The notes under the pieces were generated by a model that was given only the letters and a program-made list of their open reading frames with translations, did not search any database and was not told the origin of the DNA. Shown piece by piece: positions 39,116-48,236 of a stretch of DNA of 64,000 nt; the first letter of the stretch is position 1, and each line of letters opens with the position of its first letter. Source of the stretch: a virus; IMG/VR virus record IMGVR_UViG_3300027987_000382, positions 1-64,000 of that record, one strand, 5' to 3'. The position numbers and the translations under genes are program-made.

Positions 39116-39131
39116 ATTGTATTTTTGCAAC

Positions 39132-40511
39132 ATGATCTCAATCGACGACTGCAAACAAGCATACTCGCTCCAGAACGCCGCTTTAGTTATCGCGAACAAA
39201 GTGGCATTCGACAAAGGCAAGGGATTCGCCAGGTCCTGGGAGCCGCCAATCTCGACGCCAGACTACCCAGACTCGAACGTCACCTCACCAACTACCAATT
39301 TAGCCCAACGGCTAAACAGATAAAGTACGTCAAGTGGAAAGAGAGAATTCTATACATATCCACCTGGGAAGACAAAATTGTCGAAACATGGCTCAGCCGA
39401 TCTCTCAATAAATTATTATCCAGCTGGTTCTCAAAACGATCATACGCCTATCGCCTCGAGAAAATCGGAGTCGACACTTGCCAACGCGACGTCATCGACG
39501 TCATCAAATCAAGTCGCTTCATCGCCAGACGCGATATCCGCAATTTCTTCTACACGATTGACCACGAGCTGCTCCTAGACAAGCTCTCTGCAATCCTAGA
39601 TCCGCCACTCCTCGACTTGGTCAGACAGCGAGTCCAATTCGAGTATTATGAGAACGGAGAAATAAAGGAATGCGAGCTGGGTGTACCGTTCGGATCACCG
39701 ATCGCTTGTTTGCTAGCAAACATTTACCTCACAGCGACAGACCACAAACTGGCAGCACAGAATGCTCACTACTTCAGGTACGCAGATGACTTCCTCATTG
39801 CATCAGATTCGGCCGGTCCAGTTTTAGACAGCGTAGAATTACTGCGAGATGAGGTTGAATATCTGCGTCTCGAGTTGCATCCAGACAAAGGTGTGAATTT
39901 GTCGTTTGAAGACCACCCGAACTTCGACATCACCAACAGATTCAAGTATCTCGGCTTAGAATATTGGCACGACGGCGTTGTTCGCCTCCCCATCGAGAAG
40001 AAACGAAAGATCGCGGGCATTTTCAGGCGAGCACTTCGCAGTCAGAAAAAGAGATTGCTGAAGATTGAAGACCTGACTGAGCGGACTAAAGCGGCAGTCG
40101 CCTGTGTCGCAGAAGCGGCATTGAAAAGAATCAGGTACGCCGCCATCATCGACTACTATCTCAAGCATGTAGAGGACGAAGAACAACTCAAGGTCCTCGA
40201 CCGCGAAATTGCCGAGATGGTGATCAGCACAGTCCTTGACAAGCCGTTCAAAGCACGCGACTTCAAAAAGATTCCGTACGGAACACGATTACGGACTTGT
40301 CTCATTGCTGCACAGAAGCAGGTTGCATAGGCACGGGCAGTTGAACGTGCCGTTCCTCTCCATGTACAACAGCATTCTCTTCGAACGATTCGAAGAAGGC
40401 AAACGACGGCGTTCTGAGCGTATCAGCCAGATTCGGCTGGCTCGGAAGCTGAAGAAGATTCGAGCAGACGACCAGCATAATCATCCGCAAGAGCAGCAAG
40501 GTGCGGATTAG
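39132..40511 (+). CDS. reverse transcriptase (core ORF 39125-40330; probable frameshifts near 39230 and 40286)
   Basis: KERIL...EDKIV, SYAYR, RDIRNFFYTIDH, GVPFGSPIACLLANIYL, YFRYADD, KYLG. Confidence 0.9.
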
Positions 40512-40662
40512 AGAATACCGGCCTCTTGCTATCGCATTCATCGACCTCCATGATCTTCTTGCAGACGACGCCGGTCGGCACCTCATCCCTCATCATCAGA
40601 TAGAGGAATTCCTGCAGCCTTTCTCTGACGCTCACGCCAGTCTCTTGGGAGGAGCTTGACAA
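40423..40662 (-). CDS. hypothetical protein
   Basis: 79-aa ORF downstream of dnaE. Confidence 0.5.
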   Translation of the reverse strand: MSSSSQETGVSVRERLQEFLYLMMRDEVPTGVVCKKIMEVDECDSKRPVFSNPHLAALADDYAGRLLESSSASEPAESG

Positions 40663-43519
40663 TGATCTGATTCCTTTTCAAAGTGAATGTTCCACGCATG
40701 TCGTCATAGTCAACACATGCCTGGATGCCCGTCCCAACAAGTAGAGTGCTCGCATCTTGCAGTGCCAGTTCATTGCTGAAAAGCAATAGCAAAGCGGTCT
40801 GGACGCCATCGCTGACGATCAGCCTCGCATATTCTTTCTTTGTCTTGGTCTCGGCGAATTGTAGCTCCGTGATCACCACTTCTAGCTTCGGATCACCGCC
40901 ATTCGCGGCGACCTCTTTCGCTTCTTCGATAGTGCAATCACCTTCGATGTCATAGACGTCCAACGGTGAATGCAGATAGTACCCAAGGTACTGTTTCTCG
41001 AACTCGAGCTTCTGCTCGAGGCTGAACGATTCATGGTCGAACAAAGCCATCACCCTCTCACGGGTGTCATCAGGCTTTGGTGTCCAATTCTGAATCTTAT
41101 TCGGGATCTTGCGACGATTGGGGAACTGAGCCTTGTACTCGGCAGTCTGTCGCTTACGTTCCTCTTCGATCGTCTCATCGTTCCAATCGTCCTGGTCAAG
41201 CAGCTTCTGCCGAACCTCTTGGCGGATCTGTGTGATGTCCTTCCCGCTGCAATACTTGTACTGGTACCACATCCAAGTGGCATAGCTATTCTCATGTCCC
41301 GGCACCGAAGAAAAGGCACCAAGCTTGATGAACCGCTCCATCACAGTCTTGCTCTTAGCACCCTTCTTTTCGATGAACTCGTCGATGTCTGTGAATGATC
41401 CGCGACCAACAAACTTATCAGCTGCCGCTTCACCGATCCCTTTGATGCCGATCATCCCCTGGTTGACTTTGTCACCAGTCGCCGTGAAGTTCGTCGTCAA
41501 GTTCGTGATGTTGATTGTGTCGAACACGACTCCCTTAGCCCGTTCTTCTGGTCTGAAAGTTCCACAGTATGTGATGTCTGTCGGTTCCCATTTCTCGGCT
41601 CTAGCGATGCCCATGTAACGGACGAGCTTGTCTGGATGGCAGTCGCTCATCACCGCTGCCCACCACTCTGGTGCGAAGTGAGCCTTCAACCACAAGCATC
41701 TCAGAGCCACCAGACAATAAGACACAGCATGTGACCGGTTGAATGCGTAGCGTCCGAACGTCTCCATCTTCGGCCACCACTCGGCCGCCTCTTTGTCGCC
41801 GATAACACGGGACGCACCAATCAGCCATTGCTCTCTGATCGGTTTCAGTTTGTGTGTCCACTTCTTGGCAACAGCTTTTCTAGCTTCTTGTGCCTGCGGA
41901 GCCGTGAAACCAGCGATCAGCTGCCAAATTGCCTGGAGCTGCTCCTGATAGACGATCACGCCGTACGTCGACTCCAGAACCCGAAGGATGTCTGGGTGCA
42001 GCCGCTTCTTCCAGCTGGCGGTTGGATCATCGCGGTTCTCAACAGCCTCTGGGATCGACGCCATCGGACCAGGGTGCCCCATGGCGTTGAAAAGCATCAA
42101 GTCTTCGAAATTCCTAACGCCATTCGCCAGAATACTCTTGGCCAGATCGGTGTCGAACTGGAACACCCCATCAGTCTTTTGCTCGTTTGCGAGCCTGAGT
42201 GCATGCACGTCATTGAGTTCAATGAACCGTTTCTTCCTATCGGCATCGTAGAAATGCCCGGCCCTATTTTGTGTCGGATCGATGTCGTCCCAACCGCTCA
42301 TAATTGGCGGCAAGTCTTGGCCGTGCTGTGATTGTTCTGCCCTTGGCTTGCCAAACGAGATGCCGCGATTCTGTTCAATGAGTCTGCAGCACTCGAAAAT
42401 ATACTTGAGCGTCTTGAGTCCCAGGATATCCCACTTGATGTAGCCGAACTTGGAGAGCTGCGTGTTGCGGCCTTCGGACCACATGCTCACCCAGTAACCC
42501 TTGCTTCCACTTTTGGCTAACGGGATGTTGCCGAACAGGGTGCGATCGGCGATAATCAGAGCCCCAGCGTGCATACCCATGTTACGCACACGGCCGATGA
42601 TCTGCACGGCGTAGCTGACTTCTTGCGGATATTTCCTAGCGAAGGCACGAAGCTGTTCGTGTTCCTTTAATAATTTGCCAATTGTAGGGCTGTCGGTAGC
42701 AGTACCGCCGCTACTATCCTTCTTCTGTTGCTTCGATCCGCCATGATGTTGTTTATCCTCGTAATCTCCTTCGCCGCCGCCGGGCGGCTGCCGCTGAAGT
42801 GCCAGATATTTCTCTGTTGGAGAGCATTTTGGACAACTCCAATTGGTGTGTACGTGGCCGCACTCTTTCTCTTCGCCTGTTTGTGCGTCCTTGATCCGCT
42901 CTTTGCAGGCCGCAGCTCCGCCGTCCTTCAATTCGTCGACGTCGTCCGGCAGACTTGTCGTTAGTTCGTAAACCTCGGCACGTCGCCGCTTCTTGTCCTC
43001 TTCATCGGCGGCCGTCGCTTGCATCGTGTCAATCAGAGCAGAACGGAACTTGTAAGTCTGCCAAGTACCGACTGAGCACACGGGGCCGTAGCCGTCCGTA
43101 ATGTTCATGCCGTATTTCTTGGCGGCATATTCCTTGATCGGATCACGAGCCTCTGGCAAACAGTCGAGGTCGATGTCTGGCATGTCCGGGTCTTTGACGA
43201 AGTCGCACGGCACGTGGCCTTTGTCGGCCTTGTACTTCATGACTTCGGACGCTCGGACTGTACAGAGCATCTCGTCTTTGCGGTTGGCGATTGGGTCGCC
43301 TTCGACCATCCCTAGCAGCCACGGCAGAACCAAGCAGCCTGGGTTTTTGTCGAATTTCTTGCCGTCGTTGTAGAGATTGATCCAGTAGGTTGTGGCACCT
43401 TGTTTCTCAATCTCTCGTTGCTCGAATGTCAAGCGGTTTTGATAGGTGCCATTCAAGCCACGCTGGTCAAGCTCCTCGTGAGCGAGGGTTTTCAGCTCTT
43501 CCCAAGTGACTTCAGCCAT
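40583..43519 (-). CDS. dnaE: DNA polymerase III alpha, catalytic/C-terminal part (no PHP)
   Basis: PDIDLD, HAGA, KWDILGLKTL, GVFQF, VYQEQ, YAFNRSHA, EKQYLGYY. Confidence 0.92.
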   Translation of the reverse strand: MAEVTWEELKTLAHEELDQRGLNGTYQNRLTFEQREIEKQGATTYWINLYNDGKKFDKNPGCLVLPWLLGMVEGDPIANRKDEMLCTVRASEVMKYKADKGHVPCDFVKDPDMPDIDLDCLPEARDPIKEYAAKKYGMNITDGYGPVCSVGTWQTYKFRSALIDTMQATAADEEDKKRRRAEVYELTTSLPDDVDELKDGGAAACKERIKDAQTGEEKECGHVHTNWSCPKCSPTEKYLALQRQPPGGGEGDYEDKQHHGGSKQQKKDSSGGTATDSPTIGKLLKEHEQLRAFARKYPQEVSYAVQIIGRVRNMGMHAGALIIADRTLFGNIPLAKSGSKGYWVSMWSEGRNTQLSKFGYIKWDILGLKTLKYIFECCRLIEQNRGISFGKPRAEQSQHGQDLPPIMSGWDDIDPTQNRAGHFYDADRKKRFIELNDVHALRLANEQKTDGVFQFDTDLAKSILANGVRNFEDLMLFNAMGHPGPMASIPEAVENRDDPTASWKKRLHPDILRVLESTYGVIVYQEQLQAIWQLIAGFTAPQAQEARKAVAKKWTHKLKPIREQWLIGASRVIGDKEAAEWWPKMETFGRYAFNRSHAVSYCLVALRCLWLKAHFAPEWWAAVMSDCHPDKLVRYMGIARAEKWEPTDITYCGTFRPEERAKGVVFDTINITNLTTNFTATGDKVNQGMIGIKGIGEAAADKFVGRGSFTDIDEFIEKKGAKSKTVMERFIKLGAFSSVPGHENSYATWMWYQYKYCSGKDITQIRQEVRQKLLDQDDWNDETIEEERKRQTAEYKAQFPNRRKIPNKIQNWTPKPDDTRERVMALFDHESFSLEQKLEFEKQYLGYYLHSPLDVYDIEGDCTIEEAKEVAANGGDPKLEVVITELQFAETKTKKEYARLIVSDGVQTALLLLFSNELALQDASTLLVGTGIQACVDYDDMRGTFTLKRNQIIVKLLPRDWRERQRKAAGIPLSDDEG

Positions 43520-44124
43520 TCCTGGTATTCCTCAAGCTTCTCTGGATGCTTGCTTTTGACATGCAGTGTTCTACCCGGTGTGCTATTTATCGAATGATCA
43601 CAGTACGGACAAAATAATGATGGTTTGTTGGCCTCCGTGACCTTCTTGTCACGATCTGCTTTGGTCAGCTTTTTCTTGACCGGTTCTGGCTTATCGGTAA
43701 ATTCGACTTTCGGTGTGCCATCTTCGTTGTAAAGTGCGTCGACTGAGTCCCAGTCAATCACCCACGGCTGAATGGCATAATACTTCCCATCGCGGTGTTC
43801 TACGGTCGCGAAGTAGACAAAGCATTGCTTTTCGAAAGCTTTATCCAGGATCTCTTTGTGTTCCTTCCTGTTCCGAACTCGATGTGTTGACACAACACGT
43901 GACGGCGGCTTGACAATGAGCAATGCAATGCTCGAATAATCGATACCCTTGGTTCTCTTCGAACCCGATTCAGAGATGAACTGAGCGGCGTCATCGAGCG
44001 AATACGACTCATCCTCTATCAGGTACTCGTCTCCAGTGCGTGTCACGGTGACTCCACGCACTATCTTGGACTTCCCATTACGGAGTTTCAGAAGTTGGTC
44101 CTGGATGGAGGCCATTTCAAGCAC
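43492..44124 (-). CDS. hypothetical protein with C-terminal C2H2 Zn finger
   Basis: CPYC...HVKSKH. Confidence 0.7.
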   Translation of the reverse strand: MLEMASIQDQLLKLRNGKSKIVRGVTVTRTGDEYLIEDESYSLDDAAQFISESGSKRTKGIDYSSIALLIVKPPSRVVSTHRVRNRKEHKEILDKAFEKQCFVYFATVEHRDGKYYAIQPWVIDWDSVDALYNEDGTPKVEFTDKPEPVKKKLTKADRDKKVTEANKPSLFCPYCDHSINSTPGRTLHVKSKHPEKLEEYQEWLKSLGKS

Positions 44125-44791
44125 CGCGAGTCAAACAGTTGATGCCCCAGCGATAATCAAATTCATTCAGTATCTTAGCGATTTTCTGCAGGTACACGTT
44201 CGGGCTTTTGTGCATCCAGCTATGAATCTCCAACAGCAGATACGGTTTGAATTTGGCCAAGATTCCTCTGGCACCCTCTAGAATCATTGCTTCCGCACCT
44301 TCTGTGTCGATCTTGATAAAATCGACGCGGTCGAAATTGTAGCTGTCCAAACAACGAGACAGAGCACCGCCAGCAGCAACATAACACGAGTTGTTGCCTT
44401 GGTTGTCCGGATTATACTTCACCTCGAGCGATACGCCATCTCTGTCCCACAAAGGAACATTGTAAACTTCGACGTTCTTGTACCCGTTCAAGGCGACATT
44501 ATGTTGCAGCATCGCAGCTGTTCTTGGTGCCGCTTCAAAAGCGTGAATCTTAGCAACAAATGGAGACAAAAACATTGAATAAATGCCGATGTGGGCACCA
44601 CAGTCTAGCACCACGGAATCCGGCGTCAAGATGTTTCTGGCCATTCTGAGCATTGAAGCTTCTGGCCACCATCCGTTTCGAAGTTGATCGCTGACGTTAT
44701 CGGTCTCAAATATCATCATCCAGTGCGGCACGCGTTTTCCATCTCTGTCCATATAGACGATCGGAACATTGTTGATTTCATGGTGCAGCAT
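44117..44791 (-). CDS. FkbM family methyltransferase
   Basis: LDCGAHIG, AFEA, IKIDTEGAE. Confidence 0.9.
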   Translation of the reverse strand: MLHHEINNVPIVYMDRDGKRVPHWMMIFETDNVSDQLRNGWWPEASMLRMARNILTPDSVVLDCGAHIGIYSMFLSPFVAKIHAFEAAPRTAAMLQHNVALNGYKNVEVYNVPLWDRDGVSLEVKYNPDNQGNNSCYVAAGGALSRCLDSYNFDRVDFIKIDTEGAEAMILEGARGILAKFKPYLLLEIHSWMHKSPNVYLQKIAKILNEFDYRWGINCLTRGA

Positions 44792-45284
44792 CGTTTAATC
44801 CAGTTGTTCCAGAGTCGAAATGTTCCTGCGATTCCAACGCTCGATTGGCAAGTTCCTTGGCTCGCACGATGCATTCAGCAAGAACCCCGACATCAGATCG
44901 GTCAGTGTATCGATTGTAACGATATACCGCAATGTCTTTGTAGTATCCATACCATCTTCTCAGCTCTTCAACCTCCTGCTTGTTTTTAGACGGGCTGACA
45001 ACAAAATGCTGGCCATCCATCTTCAGCAGATCATCAACGTATCTGCTGGAAATGAAGAGTCTGGCAGTGTAGCCTCGAAACTGTGGCAACACACTGCTCA
45101 GAGCAAGCCTTGCGGCCATTATTTCGGCAAGATTAGCCGTAGATCCGCCTAGAGCCCACCCGAATTCTCTAGTTTGCACCCGCTTATGGCTGTCGGTCAG
45201 TCTGACAATCACACCACATCCAGCCAACTGAGTTGGCTTGCCGTTGTCACGACTCGCCGCAGCACAAACTAGATCGAGCCTCAT
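44778..45284 (-). CDS. RNase HI-like protein (possibly catalytically degenerate)
   Basis: AGCG, TANLAEIMAA, SSRYV, AKELA; the expected Asp residues appear substituted. Confidence 0.65.
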   Translation of the reverse strand: MRLDLVCAAASRDNGKPTQLAGCGVIVRLTDSHKRVQTREFGWALGGSTANLAEIMAARLALSSVLPQFRGYTARLFISSRYVDDLLKMDGQHFVVSPSKNKQEVEELRRWYGYYKDIAVYRYNRYTDRSDVGVLAECIVRAKELANRALESQEHFDSGTTGLNDAAP

Positions 45285-45826
45285 AGCACATTGCCACGTG
45301 CATCCCGAATATCAGGATATTTCGCTTTAGTAACAGACGCAAGGGCACGGAGAGCATCGGCCATCGATTTGAGGACCGTATTTTTCGCAGCGATTTGGTC
45401 ATCAGTGCTGCGATTCTTGCCGAGCACCACTAGGATCTCATCGCCCTTCTGGCGAACACTGAGCGGGAATCTCTCACCACGCTGGACAGCACGGGCGGCC
45501 CTGTCATCAACGGACCGCTGGATATGCATCGCAATCGCCTCGACGATACTGAAAGCAAGAATTTTCAGCTCACCGTCGATATTCTGCAGAGCTTCCGGCG
45601 TGTAGATGAGTTCCTTGTCCGGATCGTCGTAGTCAGGAACAAAATCGAGTACCTTCGCCAAGAAGACAGCCAACTGTTGAGTGGGGCCGTTCATGATCAT
45701 CATGTGCAGATGCACCGAATGACGAAGTTCGTCCCTGGCTGTTGGTTTCTCTTTGTACACAAGCGGTGAGGTCGGCATACCGCCGACTGGTGTTGGTTCT
45801 TGCTCTTGGATTTCTGCTTCACTCAT
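45281..45826 (-). CDS. hypothetical protein
   Basis: GGAG RBS before MSEAEIQ. Confidence 0.65.
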   Translation of the reverse strand: MSEAEIQEQEPTPVGGMPTSPLVYKEKPTARDELRHSVHLHMMIMNGPTQQLAVFLAKVLDFVPDYDDPDKELIYTPEALQNIDGELKILAFSIVEAIAMHIQRSVDDRAARAVQRGERFPLSVRQKGDEILVVLGKNRSTDDQIAAKNTVLKSMADALRALASVTKAKYPDIRDARGNVL

Positions 45827-46118
45827 TAAACAACTCCGGTGAGCATCGTGGACAATCGAAATCGTGAAGGCACCCGCCACCCGGTCTGCACTGTAACGGA
45901 CCACCGCAATCAGAGCAGGTTGGTTCTGGATAGCGATCAAAGATCAGCCAGTCAGACGGCACAGTCTCATCGAAGCCAGTGACGGCTTTTTCTGGGCTGT
46001 CAACCTGCTCGTTCCAAATGACCCTGGCCTCTTTCCCGTCATTGCTCATGACCATGACGTTGCGGACCTGACCATCAGGCCACTTACAGAGTGCTTCACA
46101 ATCGTATTTATTCGTCAA
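45819..46118 (-). CDS. small Zn-ribbon protein
   Basis: CSDC..CPRC. Confidence 0.55.
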   Translation of the reverse strand: MTNKYDCEALCKWPDGQVRNVMVMSNDGKEARVIWNEQVDSPEKAVTGFDETVPSDWLIFDRYPEPTCSDCGGPLQCRPGGGCLHDFDCPRCSPELFNE

Positions 46119-47539
46119 TTGATCGGCTCCGGCATTTTGACATTCAACATGTACCCGCCACGGCTCGGCGACAGGAATCTGTCAAATGAAAGTTCCCACA
46201 ACATGGGATCTAACACATGGATACCAAGCAAGAAACAAACCAACGAACCTCCAGCACTACCGCGAGGGCTAAATGGCCAGCCTCGCTTCTTCCCGTACCC
46301 CACCAAATCGCGAGTGATCAAGAAGTAACTGGCAAATCCTTTGTCGATGAACCGATTCAATTCGATTTTGGCCTGATCGACGTAAGTGACCTCGTTGCCG
46401 TCGATAATAAACCTCTTATCGACCTTTGTCAAGCCACGACTGTGCAATTCAGCCGCGACCAGCTTCTTGAGTTCATCGTCGGCATTCTGAATGTCCGGAA
46501 TTTTGGGCGATGTGTCGACGTCGAAAGGTTGGCACTTTTCTGCCACCATTAAAGTGTTGTCGCACATTCGCTCGAAGACGCCGTCGTCGAGGCCCCTGTC
46601 GTATCCGCCATTCTTGAATCTAGCCCACAACTCAGCACGCGACTTCATGTACTGCTCATCGCTGTTCACATGGAACAGATCAGGCGAATCGATCGTCGTA
46701 TCTTGTGCTACAGCCATCATGATCTTCTGCAGGATGAAATCCTTGCGGCGGAGATAATGGCAGTCGTTCGCCAGCACGATAGGGATTTTATACTGGTCGG
46801 CAATCATCACCAACCAGCGGAATACCTTCTCGTCTTCCGGGATGCCCGGCATCTGAAGTTCGATATAGTAGTCGTCTCCGAAAGCCGCTTTGAATTTCTT
46901 GACCCAATCGACAGCCGACTGGAATCGTTCCTCCTTAGTCCTCTCGCTGATCACGTTTCCTTCACGGTCCGTCAATTCCTTGTATCGAAGCTCGTGACAC
47001 ACCGGTCCGTTAAGGCAGCCGGATAGGATGATCAGACCCTCTTTGTATTCGCACAGTTTATCGAACCAAATGCGGTTGAACTGCATTCGGCCGAGACCGA
47101 ACAAACCAGTTTCGTACGCCTGAGTCGTCAACTTGACCAGATTGTGGAATCCAGTCTCATTCTTGCAGAGGACAGTGAGATGACGATTGCGGAACATTCG
47201 TGCCGCTAGTTCTTGGTTTTGCTGCCGCCATTCGAACGATCGGATCTTGATGCCTCGAGAGATGAGGTCTTTCCTGGCAGGCTCGTAGTCGTTGAAGTAA
47301 ATCTCGCATCCGGGGATGTACTTAACCCCAGCTTTCTTGAAGGCGAGATACATATCTGGCACGCTTGCCATGTGGCCGTGCTCTGTGGCACTCATTGCCG
47401 GATAGCCGCGTGCGACGCATTGCTCAGCATACTGTTCTGGTGTCGCTACTCCATCGAGAGCCGAAAAGACCGTATGGTTGTGAAGATGGACGAATTCCTT
47501 CGGTCCTTTATAGTTTTCCGGCTTGAATGTCATCAACAT
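46115..47539 (-). CDS. dnaE: DNA polymerase III alpha, N-terminal PHP part
   Basis: FVHLHNHT.FS.LDG, TEHG, GCE, NDCHY, RGSAGGSLV, FDRFL. Confidence 0.92.
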   Translation of the reverse strand: MLMTFKPENYKGPKEFVHLHNHTVFSALDGVATPEQYAEQCVARGYPAMSATEHGHMASVPDMYLAFKKAGVKYIPGCEIYFNDYEPARKDLISRGIKIRSFEWRQQNQELAARMFRNRHLTVLCKNETGFHNLVKLTTQAYETGLFGLGRMQFNRIWFDKLCEYKEGLIILSGCLNGPVCHELRYKELTDREGNVISERTKEERFQSAVDWVKKFKAAFGDDYYIELQMPGIPEDEKVFRWLVMIADQYKIPIVLANDCHYLRRKDFILQKIMMAVAQDTTIDSPDLFHVNSDEQYMKSRAELWARFKNGGYDRGLDDGVFERMCDNTLMVAEKCQPFDVDTSPKIPDIQNADDELKKLVAAELHSRGLTKVDKRFIIDGNEVTYVDQAKIELNRFIDKGFASYFLITRDLVGYGKKRGWPFSPRGSAGGSLVCFLLGIHVLDPMLWELSFDRFLSPSRGGYMLNVKMPEPIN

Positions 47540-48236
47540 TCCTCATGATGTCTACTGGCACATTTTGGTATGGCGGAATGTCGCTCCTCAGAAGACCCCC
47601 AACGACACGTTGACAGAGAAGCTGGTCTGTTTCTGGCACTTCTGGGTAATGGGGATCTATGGCAGTTCTCCCCATCCTCGCGATTAGTCGTTCAAATACA
47701 GCCGCTTCACTCGGGTTCTGGAGGCTGCAGACCTTCCACAAACGGCACAAATGATTGTAGAAAACTTCGTCACCAAGTTTTTCTCGCAGCCGATCGAAAT
47801 TTTCTCTGATCGATTGTGCCTGTATCGGCAATTTAGATGGATCGAGCATTTCAATCCAATAATTCCGTCTGTACTCGCCCGCTATCTCCGTCTCAAAAAC
47901 GTGCTTGATCGTCTGGCGGCAGGCTTGAGCACAAATACGTACGACATCCTGGGCACGGTAGGAGCAATTCAGACCAGTTGCAAAAGCGACAGCCATATCG
48001 CACACGGTACGATACGAATAGCGATGACCAGTTTTGGCCTGGAACCAGCTGTCGAGATTCGGAACGGTTTGCCTATGCAATCGCTCATCGTAAAGAGCCG
48101 GAAGTCCAGGTCCCATTCGCAGGTACCACAACTCGGTCCTTAACTGAAATGCAACCGTATCACCGTTTGCATACTTGATGGTGAGCATGTTTTTACAAGA
48201 CCGCAAAGACGTGGCCGTCATTGTGACGAACCACAA
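47508..48236 (-). CDS. hypothetical protein (start probably near 48188)
   Basis: ORF coupled to dnaE-N. Confidence 0.6.
   Translation of the reverse strand: MWFVTMTATSLRSCKNMLTIKYANGDTVAFQLRTELWYLRMGPGLPALYDERLHRQTVPNLDSWFQAKTGHRYSYRTVCDMAVAFATGLNCSYRAQDVVRICAQACRQTIKHVFETEIAGEYRRNYWIEMLDPSKLPIQAQSIRENFDRLREKLGDEVFYNHLCRLWKVCSLQNPSEAAVFERLIARMGRTAIDPHYPEVPETDQLLCQRVVGGLLRSDIPPYQNVPVDIMRNVDDIQAGKL

Noticed and set aside
36722-40511. Diversity-generating retroelement
   Set aside because: No near-identical TR/VR pair differing at adenines, and no Avd-like gene. The RT has GVPFGS/YADD rather than the typical DGR GLPIGN..SQ. The repeats differ by compensatory changes at all four bases.
39132-40600. 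Group II intron
   Set aside because: No domain V/VI-like sequence after the RT, no GUGYG 5' end with several hundred nt of ribozyme upstream, and no interrupted host gene.
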